Below are positions 14,531 to 26,527 of a DNA stretch of 64,000 nt, one piece after another. The translations under genes were made by a program, and so were the position numbers. This stretch comes from Eledone cirrhosa (taxonomy: Eukaryota), in the NCBI GenBank assembly GCA_964016885.1, contig OZ024740.1, forward strand, positions 216,938,001 through 217,002,000. The letters are read 5' to 3'. The notes under the pieces were generated by a model that did no database searches, had not been told where the DNA came from, and saw only the letters and a program-made list of their open reading frames with translations. The stretch's first letter is position 1; each line of letters begins with the position of its first letter.

Positions 14531-14580
<50 letters not shown>

Positions 14581-14718
14581 CACACACATTCACACATGTA
14601 CGCATGGAGTGTCAACAGTGTGAAGACTGGTGAGACCACCAGAGTAGTAGTACTCAATGGATGATGAAAGACCGGTCAACATTCTATTAATGTGCTATGT
14701 ACATGTAACGTGTATATA

Positions 14719-14758
<40 letters not shown>

Positions 14759-15369
14759 ATATAGTTGCCACACATATTATTATTAAGCCTCACTGTTAGA
14801 AACTGATATCTATTATGATTTAGTCATTAATATAAAATTAATTATGGAATATAATTAGAGAATTGACATTTTATTAGGAATCATCACATTATTATTAATT
14901 AATTGACTTTTATCAATGAAATATCAATTATTATTGCAGTGAGCTTTCTTTCTCTCTCTCTCTCTCTCTCTCTATCTTTGCTGCTCCTCTCTCTCTCTCT
15001 CAAATTGATTTCATAGAAAATTAAATCATTAATCTTAATGAAGTTGTAATTTAATTTCTGTTTAAAATTACTGGATTTAATGATAAATAATAATTTTAGT
15101 AATATAAACCAATATTTAATACAATGTCTAATCCAGTGAGGTGAAGGGGTTAAGAGGTTTATTTTGGAACCACGTGGTTTTGGTTCATTCCTACTGTGGA
15201 ACATTGTGTCTATGTTAACCAATGTTTTGCTGTATATACGCAGGTTACTGTCTACGCATATTTAAATATACATACAGATATATGTATGAATAATATTTTA
15301 ACATTCATAAATACAGATGTCTATATATATGTACACACACACTTGTGTCTGTATGCATCTGCATGTGTC

Positions 15370-15411
<42 letters not shown>

Positions 15412-15773
15412 TAACAGATTAAAGTTTAAGCAAAGAATCGCTGCTTTCACCCCAGAAGATCCCATTAAGGGTGAAAGCAGCGATTCTTTGCTTAAACTTT
15501 AATCTGTTATTTTAATAAATATTTGCTCTTTGGTTCTTATAAATTTGATATATATATTTATCCTTATAGAGCCCTCTTTGGATTTTAGTCTTCAAATTTA
15601 TTATTATTACTATATATAAATATCATATCTATTAAGAAGTGCACTAAGCAGCTGAAGAGTATGATAAACAGTCGAAGCACGTGAGTAACAAGACTCACTT
15701 TTTAGCCTTAATGATATTGAATATTAAAACTCTACTTCAGTATTGAGTACTCTCTTTCTCTCTGCCGTCAACC

Positions 15774-15828
<55 letters not shown>

Positions 15829-15849
15829 TGCAGAGCGATCAAAATTGAT

Positions 15850-16295
15850 GGAAGCTATGGAGTGGATAGACCAAGAAAAACCTGGGACAAGGTGATAAAA
15901 ACTGACCTTGTTCACTTACACCTCTCTAAGACAATGTCACTGGATCGAGATCTTTGGCACTATGCAGTTGTACAGAAGACCTGCCTTCCCTTGCATACAA
16001 ACTTAAATCTACAGCACCCTACCTCATCCTCCCATTTCCATCCACTGTAAAGTGGTCGTGTAGGTGACACAACAAAAAGCACCCAGTCCACACTGTAAAG
16101 TGGTCATGTAGGAGACACAGTAAAAATGCTTCCTGTCCACATTGTAAATGTGGTTGGTGTTAGGAATGGTGTCCAGCAGTAGAAAACCAGCCAGAAACAG
16201 TTCTGTATGAGCAAGACACGGTCTCTCGACCTAATCTCGCCTCAAGTGGGACAAAACCGTCCAACCCATGCTAGCGTGGAAGATGGATGTTAAAC

Positions 16296-16328
<33 letters not shown>

Positions 16329-16330
16329 AT
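15850..16330 (+). mobile_element. RTE LINE C-terminus plus 3' UTR with (GAT)n tail
   Basis: DRPRKTWDKVIKTDL...DRDLWHYAV, followed by a tail homologous to the SINE tail at 34090-34358. Confidence 0.7.
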
Positions 16331-16627
16331 ATATATATATATATATATACATATTGTTATATTTGGGGAGAGTCATATTGTCATAATATTGCTAGAAATA
16401 ATAATAAAACACACTCACTGTTTTGTTTGTGTTATATTTTATATCTCCATAGTTAATTTATCTAGCAATCAATGTTTATAATTGATTTATTATTATTTCT
16501 GGCAATATTATAACACTATGACCCTCCCCAATTATAACAATATTCGTTTCAACACAATTTCATATCAAAAACCTTGCAAAACAAATTCATCACCATCACA
16601 GCACTAGCTTATATACACACACACACA

Positions 16628-16695
<68 letters not shown>

Positions 16696-16699
16696 AAAC

Positions 16700-16916
16700 C
16701 CTTGCTAGCAGAGAAAGCAGATGTTAAAACAACAATGAGGTTGATGATAATATAATGGGCTTTTGCAGTTTCTTTACTATCAAATTTCACTCCTTAGGTG
16801 TTGGTCAACCTTAGGCTATAGTAAAAGACACATACATGCCCACGGTGCTCTGCAGTGTGATTGAACCCAGAACTACATGGTTGTGAAGCAAACTTCTCAA
16901 CCACACAGCCATGTCT
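16700..16916 (-). mobile_element. tRNA-derived SINE family C (paralogue ~1695-1860, +)
   Basis: Head catggctgtgtggttgag...gggttcaatc, with a body shared with 1700-1850. Confidence 0.55.
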
Positions 16917-18282
16917 GTAGATAAAAGAGAGAGAATATGGAAAATTACACAAATAAAAATGTGACTAGGTTTGTGTTTGTGGTGATAGCTGTCAGAGATG
17001 TAAGACATTAAATAGTAAATCACATTGAGAATACTATTGTATATTATAAAAATCTAAATGTTAAAAGAGCATAAGGGAAAAGAAAGAGATAAAAGAGAGG
17101 TAAGAGATTAAAAATAAAGAAAAAATCTGAGTGGGAATATCTTTGAATTTTTAACTTTCTAGAAATACTATAGCAGTTCATTCATAAAATAATGTCATTG
17201 TAATAGAATTCATGTAATTGTAGGAGAGAGGGGGCTAAGAGGGTGGTGAGAGAGGGGTGAGGGAGAGAGAGAGGGTGTGTGTGAGGTATGTGTTGAGAGT
17301 GAGTGAGAGAATGAATGGGAAAGCCCAGTAAAATGTATAAGAGATAAGAAAGTGATAGAAATAGATTAAATGAGATAACAAAATAAAAGGAAAAAAAGAA
17401 GAAAATGATTAAGTGTGAGGAAGAAAGAAAGAAGAAAAGAAGCCAGAGAAAAGAAATATTGCTGAAGTTTAAGTATTGTGATTCTTAATGAACTCTAGTG
17501 CTACTTGTTTTATCAGTCTCTATTTGTCGAACTGCAAAGTTACTGGACATTAGCTTGTGTGTATGTGTGTGTTTGTGCGTGTGTGACTTTGTGTATGTGT
17601 GAATTTGTGTGTGGAATTCAAAAGTGTAGTATTGTCAACTGCTTGAGTGTGTGTGTGAATGTGTGTTTGACTTTGTGTATGTGTGACTGTGTGAGTGTGA
17701 ATGTGTGTATGTATGCGTGTGTAATTCAAAAGTGTAGTATTGTCAAAGTGTCTCACTTATTCTACTTGAGAATTAATTATGTTAAGAGTACACATCTGTG
17801 GAATACTCAGCCACTTTATATGATAATTCAATGTGTTGGTTGACCTTTTGATTGAACAACTAGACACTCATACCTTATTCTTTATGGGAGAGTCCATCAC
17901 GTGTGTGTGTGTGTATAATTATATAAGGAGGTGGTCAGCTAAAGAGTTCATAGGCTGACCAAGATACTCTCATGGAATGACCAAAAGATGTTTACTTTTC
18001 AACACAGTCCCTAGAGAGAGACAATGCAGTTATTGATAAGAAGAGTTGAAATTAATGCATGCAACATTTCACAGCTCTAGCATTACTCCTTCATAGTCCG
18101 CCTTTGAATTTTTCAGCCGGCCTTTATATATATATATATATACACACACACATATATAGGGATTGTAACGTCCAGTTACTGTAGGTTCACCAGAGTGAGC
18201 ACTCGATGTGTAGTTTCCAGTAAGTATAGAGGTGTAGAACTAAGCAGAGTGTAATAATAATAACAATAATAATAATAATAAT

Positions 18283-18388
18283 AATTGTTTCTACTTTTGG
18301 CACAAGGCCATCAATTACCCAGTACATTACTGGTACTTTATTTTATCGACCCCGTAAGGATGAAAGGCAAAGTTAACCTCGGCGGGAT
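18283..18388 (-). mobile_element. SINE family B, 5'-truncated
   Basis: Only the 3' half, with an expanded (AAT)n tail. Confidence 0.75.
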
Positions 18389-18675
18389 TAATAATATTAA
18401 TAGAAAGGACGGTTTGTTATGTCTTCATTATGTTTATTGAGTAGTGATGCACATTTTGCTATTGATTAGCTCAAGGTTCGATCTGTATCGATCTAGCCTG
18501 ACTCTGGAATAAAAAGCTCTGTTGAGGTCCGACAAGCTTTTGATTCCAGAGTCGGGCTAGATCGATACGGATTGAACCTTGAGCTATTCAATAGCAAACC
18601 GCACGTCACTACTCAATAAATGTAATGAAGACATAACAAATCATCCTTTTTATTATTATTGGTTAATAAAGAAAC

Positions 18676-18729
<54 letters not shown>

Positions 18730-19479
18730 GTGTGTGTGTGTGTGTGAGAGAGAGGGAAAGAGAGATGACAGGCTTCAACATCTTTCAAGACATTAGGAAC
18801 CAACATAAATCTATGTCACTGTAAACAACCCTATTTAACAACACAGCCACAGTGGCATCTATATTTTCCCTTTTTCTTTTTTATTTTATTTTTTTAGAAT
18901 AATCCCCCCCCCCCCCCCCCAAAAAAAAAAGCAGACGTTTTTGAATTTGAACTTATATTATTTTTGACAGTTCTTTCCGTTTTTGTGGATAATACAATAT
19001 AGTTGAAACATAAGTTTACAATCCTGTAAGAAAGAATTAGGATTAATGTTTAGGGGTTAGGGTTTAGAGTTAGTATTTAAGATTCAGGGTTAGGATATAC
19101 AAGTTTAGATTTAGGGCTAAGGTCAGGGTTAAAGGGGAGAAGAGGAAATTGAATTTGGAGATTATGATTCTTCAAAAATACAACAACAAAAAGAAAGAAT
19201 AATTGTGTAGTTCTTAAAACACAGGAAATAAAATATATATATATATATATTCCACACAATTTCTTATATATATAGGAAATTGTGTGAAATCCTTGGTACA
19301 GTTAGGTATATTTAAAAAAAGGAAAAGAATGATGTCACTTGTAGTTCTAAACAATTTAATTTAATTTTATAATTTTACAATTTGGTTTTGTAGATCTACA
19401 AAACCAAATTGTAAAATTATGATATAAAATTAAATTAAATTGTTTAGAACCACAAGTGAAGTCATTCTTTTGCTTATTT

Positions 19480-19515
<36 letters not shown>

Positions 19516-20097
19516 ATGGTGGTGATGATGATGATGACTTAATACCAGCGATCTTGTTATAATATGTATATATATATCTATATATATACCATCTAACCCA
19601 TGTAAGCATGATTAAATGTGATAAAAAATTTAGAAAATTTATGGTGCCGGGTGAGCAGGGCACTTATTGCATCACTCTGCCACACACACACATTAGATAT
19701 ATATATATATATATACATAATAATAATTGTTTCTGCTTTTGGCACAAGGCCAGCAATTACCACAGTGGTGCTTTATTTTATCAACCCCACACAGTGCTCA
19801 GGTGCACTACAACTTACCGAAGGTGCATGTATAGAACTTAAAATAATGTACAAATGTCAGGAAAATGAACAGTGTATGAGTCATGATATGCACTCAGACA
19901 CATGTGTGCTTGTGTATGGAGGGGGAATATATAGCAGGAAAAATGGGCATTGAGGTCCATTTTTCCACGTTTACTTGGATTAGATGAGTTGTCCTGTTGT
20001 GAACAATGCCCCTCTTAACGCCAACCACATTTACAGTGAGCCCTGGCTGCTTTTTGTTGACACCTACACAACCACTTTACTGTATGGTCTGGAGTTA

Positions 20098-20130
<33 letters not shown>

Positions 20131-20260
20131 GTAAAAGGTAAACAGAAATAACAACACAATCGGTACAGTGTGTGGAAGGAATATATTAGGTTAATACTTG
20201 AAAGAGTAGGAAGAGGGTCTTAACGTTTTGGACGCTAACATATATATATGTATATGTGTA

Positions 20261-20294
<34 letters not shown>

Positions 20295-20296
<2 letters not shown>

Positions 20297-20398
20297 GGGG
20301 GTGTCCCCAAAAAATGTATACACACTTTCATTACCTATACAGGCAAGATTTATTAGAATGCTGTTGAAGTGAGTATACATTTTTTGTGACACCCTGTA
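20295..20398 (+). mobile_element. Tc1/mariner-like ~100-bp MITE (second copy 21176-21279)
   Basis: TIRs gggtgtccccaaaaaatgtatacacactt / aagtgagtatacatttt..gacaccctg, with TA flanks. Confidence 0.75.
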
Positions 20399-20409
20399 TG
20401 TGTATATAT

Positions 20410-20459
<50 letters not shown>

Positions 20460-20976
20460 ATATATACACATACAGGGTGTCACAAAAAATGTATACTCAA
20501 AAAATATATATCACAGCTGGAATGCTTTAGTGTTATATACTTTTACCGGGTTATTGACACACAAGTAAAACTTTAAAGACGTAATAAATAACCATGTATC
20601 TCCATTATAAATAATATAAATATTGTGTTTAAAATAATTGCTTTAGAGAAAATTACCATGACTCTCATTGAAAAGAATTGGCTACCAGCTTAGTCGTTTA
20701 TTTCCTAGGCAACACTGAGTATCCTTATATTATGCATGCATAATATAAGGATACTCAGTGTATATATATATATATAATGAAGGAAATGTGGTAAGGAACC
20801 AGATGGACCATAACGCACCAAAGTACTCAATACTTAGGGTAGTAGAGTGGGTAATAGGAACGAGTAGGACCCCGACGGCTGAGCTCAAGCCGTTTCGACG
20901 GCTAATTCTAGACTAAATTTAGTCCAGAATTAGCCGTCGAAACGGTTTTAGCTCAGCCGTCGGTGCCCTACTCGTT

Positions 20977-21009
<33 letters not shown>

Positions 21010-21599
21010 TGTGGTTAGATGCACTATCTTTAATGTGTGGAAACATCAGCGACCCACAGCAGACAGTCAAAGAGCGGGAATTGTCCTTATGTCTGTGTTT
21101 CTCTTACGTTTTCTAAATAATATTTATTAGTAACCACACAGCACCTTTGTCACATTTAATTCATATATGTATATATACGAGGTATCCCCAAAAATGTATA
21201 CACACTTTGGTTACCTGTACAGACAATATGTATTAGAATGCTGTTGAAGTGTGTATACATTTTGGGGGAACACCCTGTATTTTTAAAGCGATGAAATACC
21301 AATGAAGGTTGGAAGATCACTGATGAAGGACTAATTTTATTCATATGTAACCCATGTGCAACCACGCAGCACTCCATTTTTCTTATATATATAAATTAGA
21401 AATGCAAGCTATCGCCGAATTTTGACTAAAGAAATTAAAGAAATTACTTAGCCTGATTGTGGGGTTAAGAACCCTCGGAGAAATGGAAAAAGATGATTAT
21501 TGACGTACATGTACATCTTTAATTTCATTAGTCAAAATACGGTGATAGCTTATATTTCTAATTTCAAACTCGCTCGCTGTTTCGAAAATATTCTTACTT

Positions 21600-21718
21600 G
21601 ATATATATATATATAATGAATATATATACACACACACACACACATAATACATATGTATATGTGTATATATATATAAATATATAGATATAGATATATACAC
21701 ACACACATATATATATAT

Positions 21719-21749
<31 letters not shown>

Positions 21750-21956
21750 GTGGATATATATATATGTATATATATATATATATGTGGATATATATATGTA
21801 TATATATATATATGTATATATATGTATATACATATATATGTATATATATATATATGTATATATATATATGTATATATATATATGTATATGTATATATATA
21901 TATGTATATATATGTGTATATATATATGTATGTATATATATATTTATGTGTAGATA

Positions 21957-21997
<41 letters not shown>

Positions 21998-22046
21998 ATA
22001 TATATATATATATGTGTGTGTATATATATATATATATAAGTGTGTG

Positions 22047-22081
<35 letters not shown>

Positions 22082-22102
22082 GTATATATATATAAGTGTG
22101 TG

Positions 22103-22137
<35 letters not shown>

Positions 22138-22259
22138 GTGTGTATATGTATATATGTGTGTATGTGTATATGTATATGTATATATATATATGTATATGTA
22201 TATATATATATAAACCCATGCAAGCGTGGAACATGGACGTTAAACGATGATGATGATGA

Positions 22260-22339
<80 letters not shown>

Positions 22340-22340
22340 A
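21600..22340. repeat. (TA)n/(TG)n compound microsatellite
   Basis: Visible directly, and contains a short SINE/LINE tail at ~22213-22263. Confidence 0.9.
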
Positions 22341-22359
22341 TATCATTTCATTCATTTCA

Positions 22360-22682
22360 TTTTACATCCACTTTTCCCTGCTTGCAAGGGTGGGACGGGA
22401 ACTGATTCTGGCTTGATTTCTACAGCTGGATGCCCTGCCTAACACCAACCTCATTTACAGTGAGTGCTGGGTGCTTTTTTGCCGTGGCACCTCCACGACC
22501 ACTTTGCAGTGGAATGATAGGGACCTCAGTCCCTATCATCTCATTTCTACAGCTGAGTAAACTGGAGCAATGTGAAATAAAGTGTCTTGCTCAAGGAAAC
22601 AACACATCACACGGTCTGAGAATTGAACTCACAACCTTTCGATTGCAAGGCCAATGCTCTAACCACTAAGCCATGTGCCTCC
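22360..22682 (-). mobile_element. Same CORE-like SINE family, reverse strand
   Basis: Near-identical reverse complement of 33924-34250, with a shortened tail. Confidence 0.8.
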
Positions 22683-22728
22683 ATATATATATATATGTGT
22701 GTGTGTGTATATATATATGTATATGTAC

Positions 22729-23208
<480 letters not shown>

Positions 23209-24062
23209 TATATATATTTATATACACATACCTACACTTGCACTCACAAATAGTTGCATAGACAAACCTAAGTTCAATGTTGATTAGTCAAAAGAAAAGA
23301 AATATGATAATGTATGATTTGTTACATATTAAATTGCTGACTTCTCACCTGTATCTCATTTTATGTCACCTTTATTTATATCGACTGAAAACAGCACTTT
23401 TTTGTTAAAAGACATTAGAAGTGGTTGTTCAAGTATCTTATTTCCTGTATCATTAAGATAGTTTTTTGTGTCATTTTTGGCAGTTTGAACTTGAAATATA
23501 AATCACACTGAACAATCTCATTGTTATATATGATAGCTGATGTGATAAAATAACTGTAACTGTCTCAGTCAGAAGGATCAAACGATATTTAATACATAAC
23601 GAGAAAAGTGAATAACTTAAAAAATTGAAAGTTATTTGAAATTAAGTTAAATATAATTTGAAATAAATATTTTAATATATAATTCGTAATAGAGTTGATT
23701 GTAAATAAATAGAAAAGAGAACTGCCGAAATGTTCATAATTATTTTTCACTTAATTATCAATAGAAGTTACGTATGTTTTTACTAAGGTAGCAGGAGAGT
23801 ACAGTTCCTTGTTTTGATTTCAATTAATTCTTGGAATCTATATTGAATAGATCAGACCCATAGCTCTGAATCTCATGTTTGCAGACTAACAGGAGTCTGC
23901 AATTCTAGTAATTGGGGTCCATGATTAAGTCAAATGTACATTATTAAAAACATAATTTACATACACACTATTGGGTATCTATTGTTAAGTATAAACATTC
24001 CTTTCTATCAGTTGCTATTTTTTTTGCATAATTGTAGTAAGGGGTTCCATGGGAAAATTCAT

Positions 24063-24263
24063 TTAACCCTTTAGCATTTAAACAAGTTATGTCCGGCAAG
24101 AATTCTTTCACCAACCAGCCATAACCCACTCATACTGATGTTAAGGTATTGTTCTCAAAATAAATAATATCAAAATCTCATAGATTCGATATTATGTCAG
24201 ATAAAGCCTTTACTGTGAAAATACAATAGTATATATAGAGTAATGTAAATACTAAAGGGTTAA
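24063..24263. mobile_element. piggyBac-like MITE (opposite-orientation paralogue 2194-2428)
   Basis: TTAA-CCCTTTAGCATTTA ... TAAATACTAAAGGG-TTAA. Confidence 0.75.
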
Positions 24264-25678
24264 AATGTCATGATGTCTTCATTGAAGTTGAGTTTAAGAT
24301 ATTCAAGCTTCAATAACTCTTCTTATGTATTTGTGTTTTCTGTTTCAGTTTAATTTGCTATGTGTATTTCTACTGTAATATGTAACAAAATAAGGATTTT
24401 GTCTTTTTGTGGGGTGAGGTCATCCTTTGTCTTTCTATTTGTCTGTTCTCTAGCAGTAAGTTTTTAAAATTGTAATAATTTTTTTATATGATTTTTTGGG
24501 AGGTGGGGGTGGGGATGGGGTCTTTACTACAGTGTCAAATGATTGCTATGGTTCTGTGAATACAAATACAACAATAACAAGTATTTTAAGGGTCATTTCT
24601 CCCTGCTATTACAAGGGTTAACCTTGCAGTCTCCATGACAGTTTTATATATTCACCATGGGTTCCTTTTATAGGCTGTGTTTTACAACTGAATGTCCTTT
24701 GCATAGCCAACACTTTTAGTTGCCTTTTGTGACACACACACTGATATGTTGTACCTATTCTAAAGCGGATACACACAAACATGAATCTGCAAACAAATAT
24801 TGGTAAGAATCAGAAAAACAGATGTTGTTTATTTATTTTGTTACATTTGAGTGGTTTTCTTCACTTCAATCACACATATAATATAGAAGCTGATTAGTTA
24901 TTTTCAATATAAATCACATAAGACATGACAGTAACCTACTGTATTTTTCCTCAGACAAAACAGTCATGGTACAGAGATATGTCTAAACTTTATAAACATT
25001 AAAACCTCACTCTATGTTTTCTCTTCTTTGCTGTTTTCACTTAATCCATACTGCTACCATCTAACATGTTGTTATTGTCATCTATTTTATATTTTCTATC
25101 TCTTTCTCACACAGCTATTCTTTACAGTTTCTCTCCCCTTCCAACTCTTTGTAAAATTTGATGTTGATTTGTTGTAAGTTAATTGAAATGTTGAAGTTTA
25201 CACAATATTAGCTGTGCTCCAATTGGTTGAATTACCCAGTTCTATCCCTGTGTGAACTGAATATTGTATTATCAGACTTCCCAGTACAGCCATTCCATCA
25301 CTTGTCTTATAATAAATACTCAATAATGTTATGTCTAATATATTGAATTTGTTGGTATTTATGGCCATTGGTGAAGGCACATGGCTGAGTGGTTAGAGAA
25401 TTGGATTTACACTCATGAGGTTGGAAGTTCGATTTCCAGACTCGGCGAGACTTTATTTCATGTTGCTCCATCTGCCAGGAATTGTGACCAGTAGATAATA
25501 TCAGCAATGGAAAGACCTATGGAAACATTGTTTCCTTGGTCCAATTTGACAAGATCTACCCTATTCGATAATCGAATGTGGTTTGGGATCTTGTTGATGG
25601 ATTCCTAAAAAGAAAAAAAAGACTAAAATCAATGTCTATATAATATCTTTCCGACTTTCAGTAATTATCTCACATCAT

Positions 25679-25870
25679 GGCGGTGGATTGGCAGTATCGG
25701 TAGAGGGTCAGACACCATGCTTTGACACATAGAGTTATGGCCCTTGCCATTCTGAGTTCAAATCCCGCCGAGGTTAACTTTGTCTTTCATCCTTACGGGG
25801 TCGATAAAATAAAGTACCAGTAATGCACTGGGTAATTACTGGCCTTGTGCCAAAAAGTAGAAACAATTAA
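25679..25870 (+). mobile_element. ~190-bp tRNA-derived SINE family B
   Basis: ggcggtggattggcagtatcggtagag...gagttcaaatccc (B box)...ctttcatccttacggggtcgataaaataaagtaccag...gaaacaatta(tta)n, with many copies in the window. Confidence 0.8.
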
Positions 25871-25989
25871 TTATTTCACATCATCATCATCATCACATGT
25901 TATATCATAACATTATCATTTTGCTCATAATTATGTGGCATCACCATAGTATTATCATCCTACTTACAATGTTATATTATTGCTTTAAA

Positions 25990-26260
25990 GACTCTCTTGA
26001 GCCCGAAGGCTCATCGGGCTGATGTTTATCCTGGTTTTCATGGCGTGAAGGGGCAGAGTGCAACATTCCTCCCTCAACAGACGCCAGTCCATTTCAGGGT
26101 TAAACCCTCAGCTATTGCTGGTACTTATTTTTAGCTGAGTATACAGGAGCAACATGAAATGAAGTGCTTTACTCAAGAACACAACACAACCCAGTCCAGG
26201 AATTGAACCCTTGATGTTGTGATTGTAAGTTCAACACCCTTACCACATGGCCACACACCT
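25990..26260 (-). mobile_element. CORE-like SINE with a fourth tail type
   Basis: Reverse-strand head (gtgtggccatgtggtaag...gggttcaattcc) and core, with a distinct tail. Confidence 0.6.
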
Positions 26261-26527
26261 CTATGTTACATCATATCACTATTATATTAATCATATGTTA
26301 GATGGTGTAAAATATTAGTTACATCATCAGCAGCCCGAATTAACTTCCATGCTTGCATGGGTTAGACAAGTTCTCATGTTATGAGACAAACCAGGTCAGG
26401 TGTCCATGTTTTCCTCATATAGATCTGTATTTTGGCTTGCTTTCTACAGATGGATGCCTTTCCTAATGCCAACCATGTGGACTGGGCACTTTTTATTGTG
26501 ATACACCAAAAACGACCATCTAGCAGG

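Larger units (their letters stand above)
13989..14531 (+). mobile_element. (TA)n-flanked fold-back element (variant 2)
   Basis: Arms ~13991-14167 and ~14266-14445 plus a 3' extension homologous to variant 1. Confidence 0.6.

Noticed and set aside
19045-19140. Telomere-like TTAGGG repeats (also ~45275-45340)
   Set aside because: Short and highly degenerate, and such tracts are common inside repeats.
21315-21345. ctgatgaagg core start
   Set aside because: No downstream stem II or GAAA.
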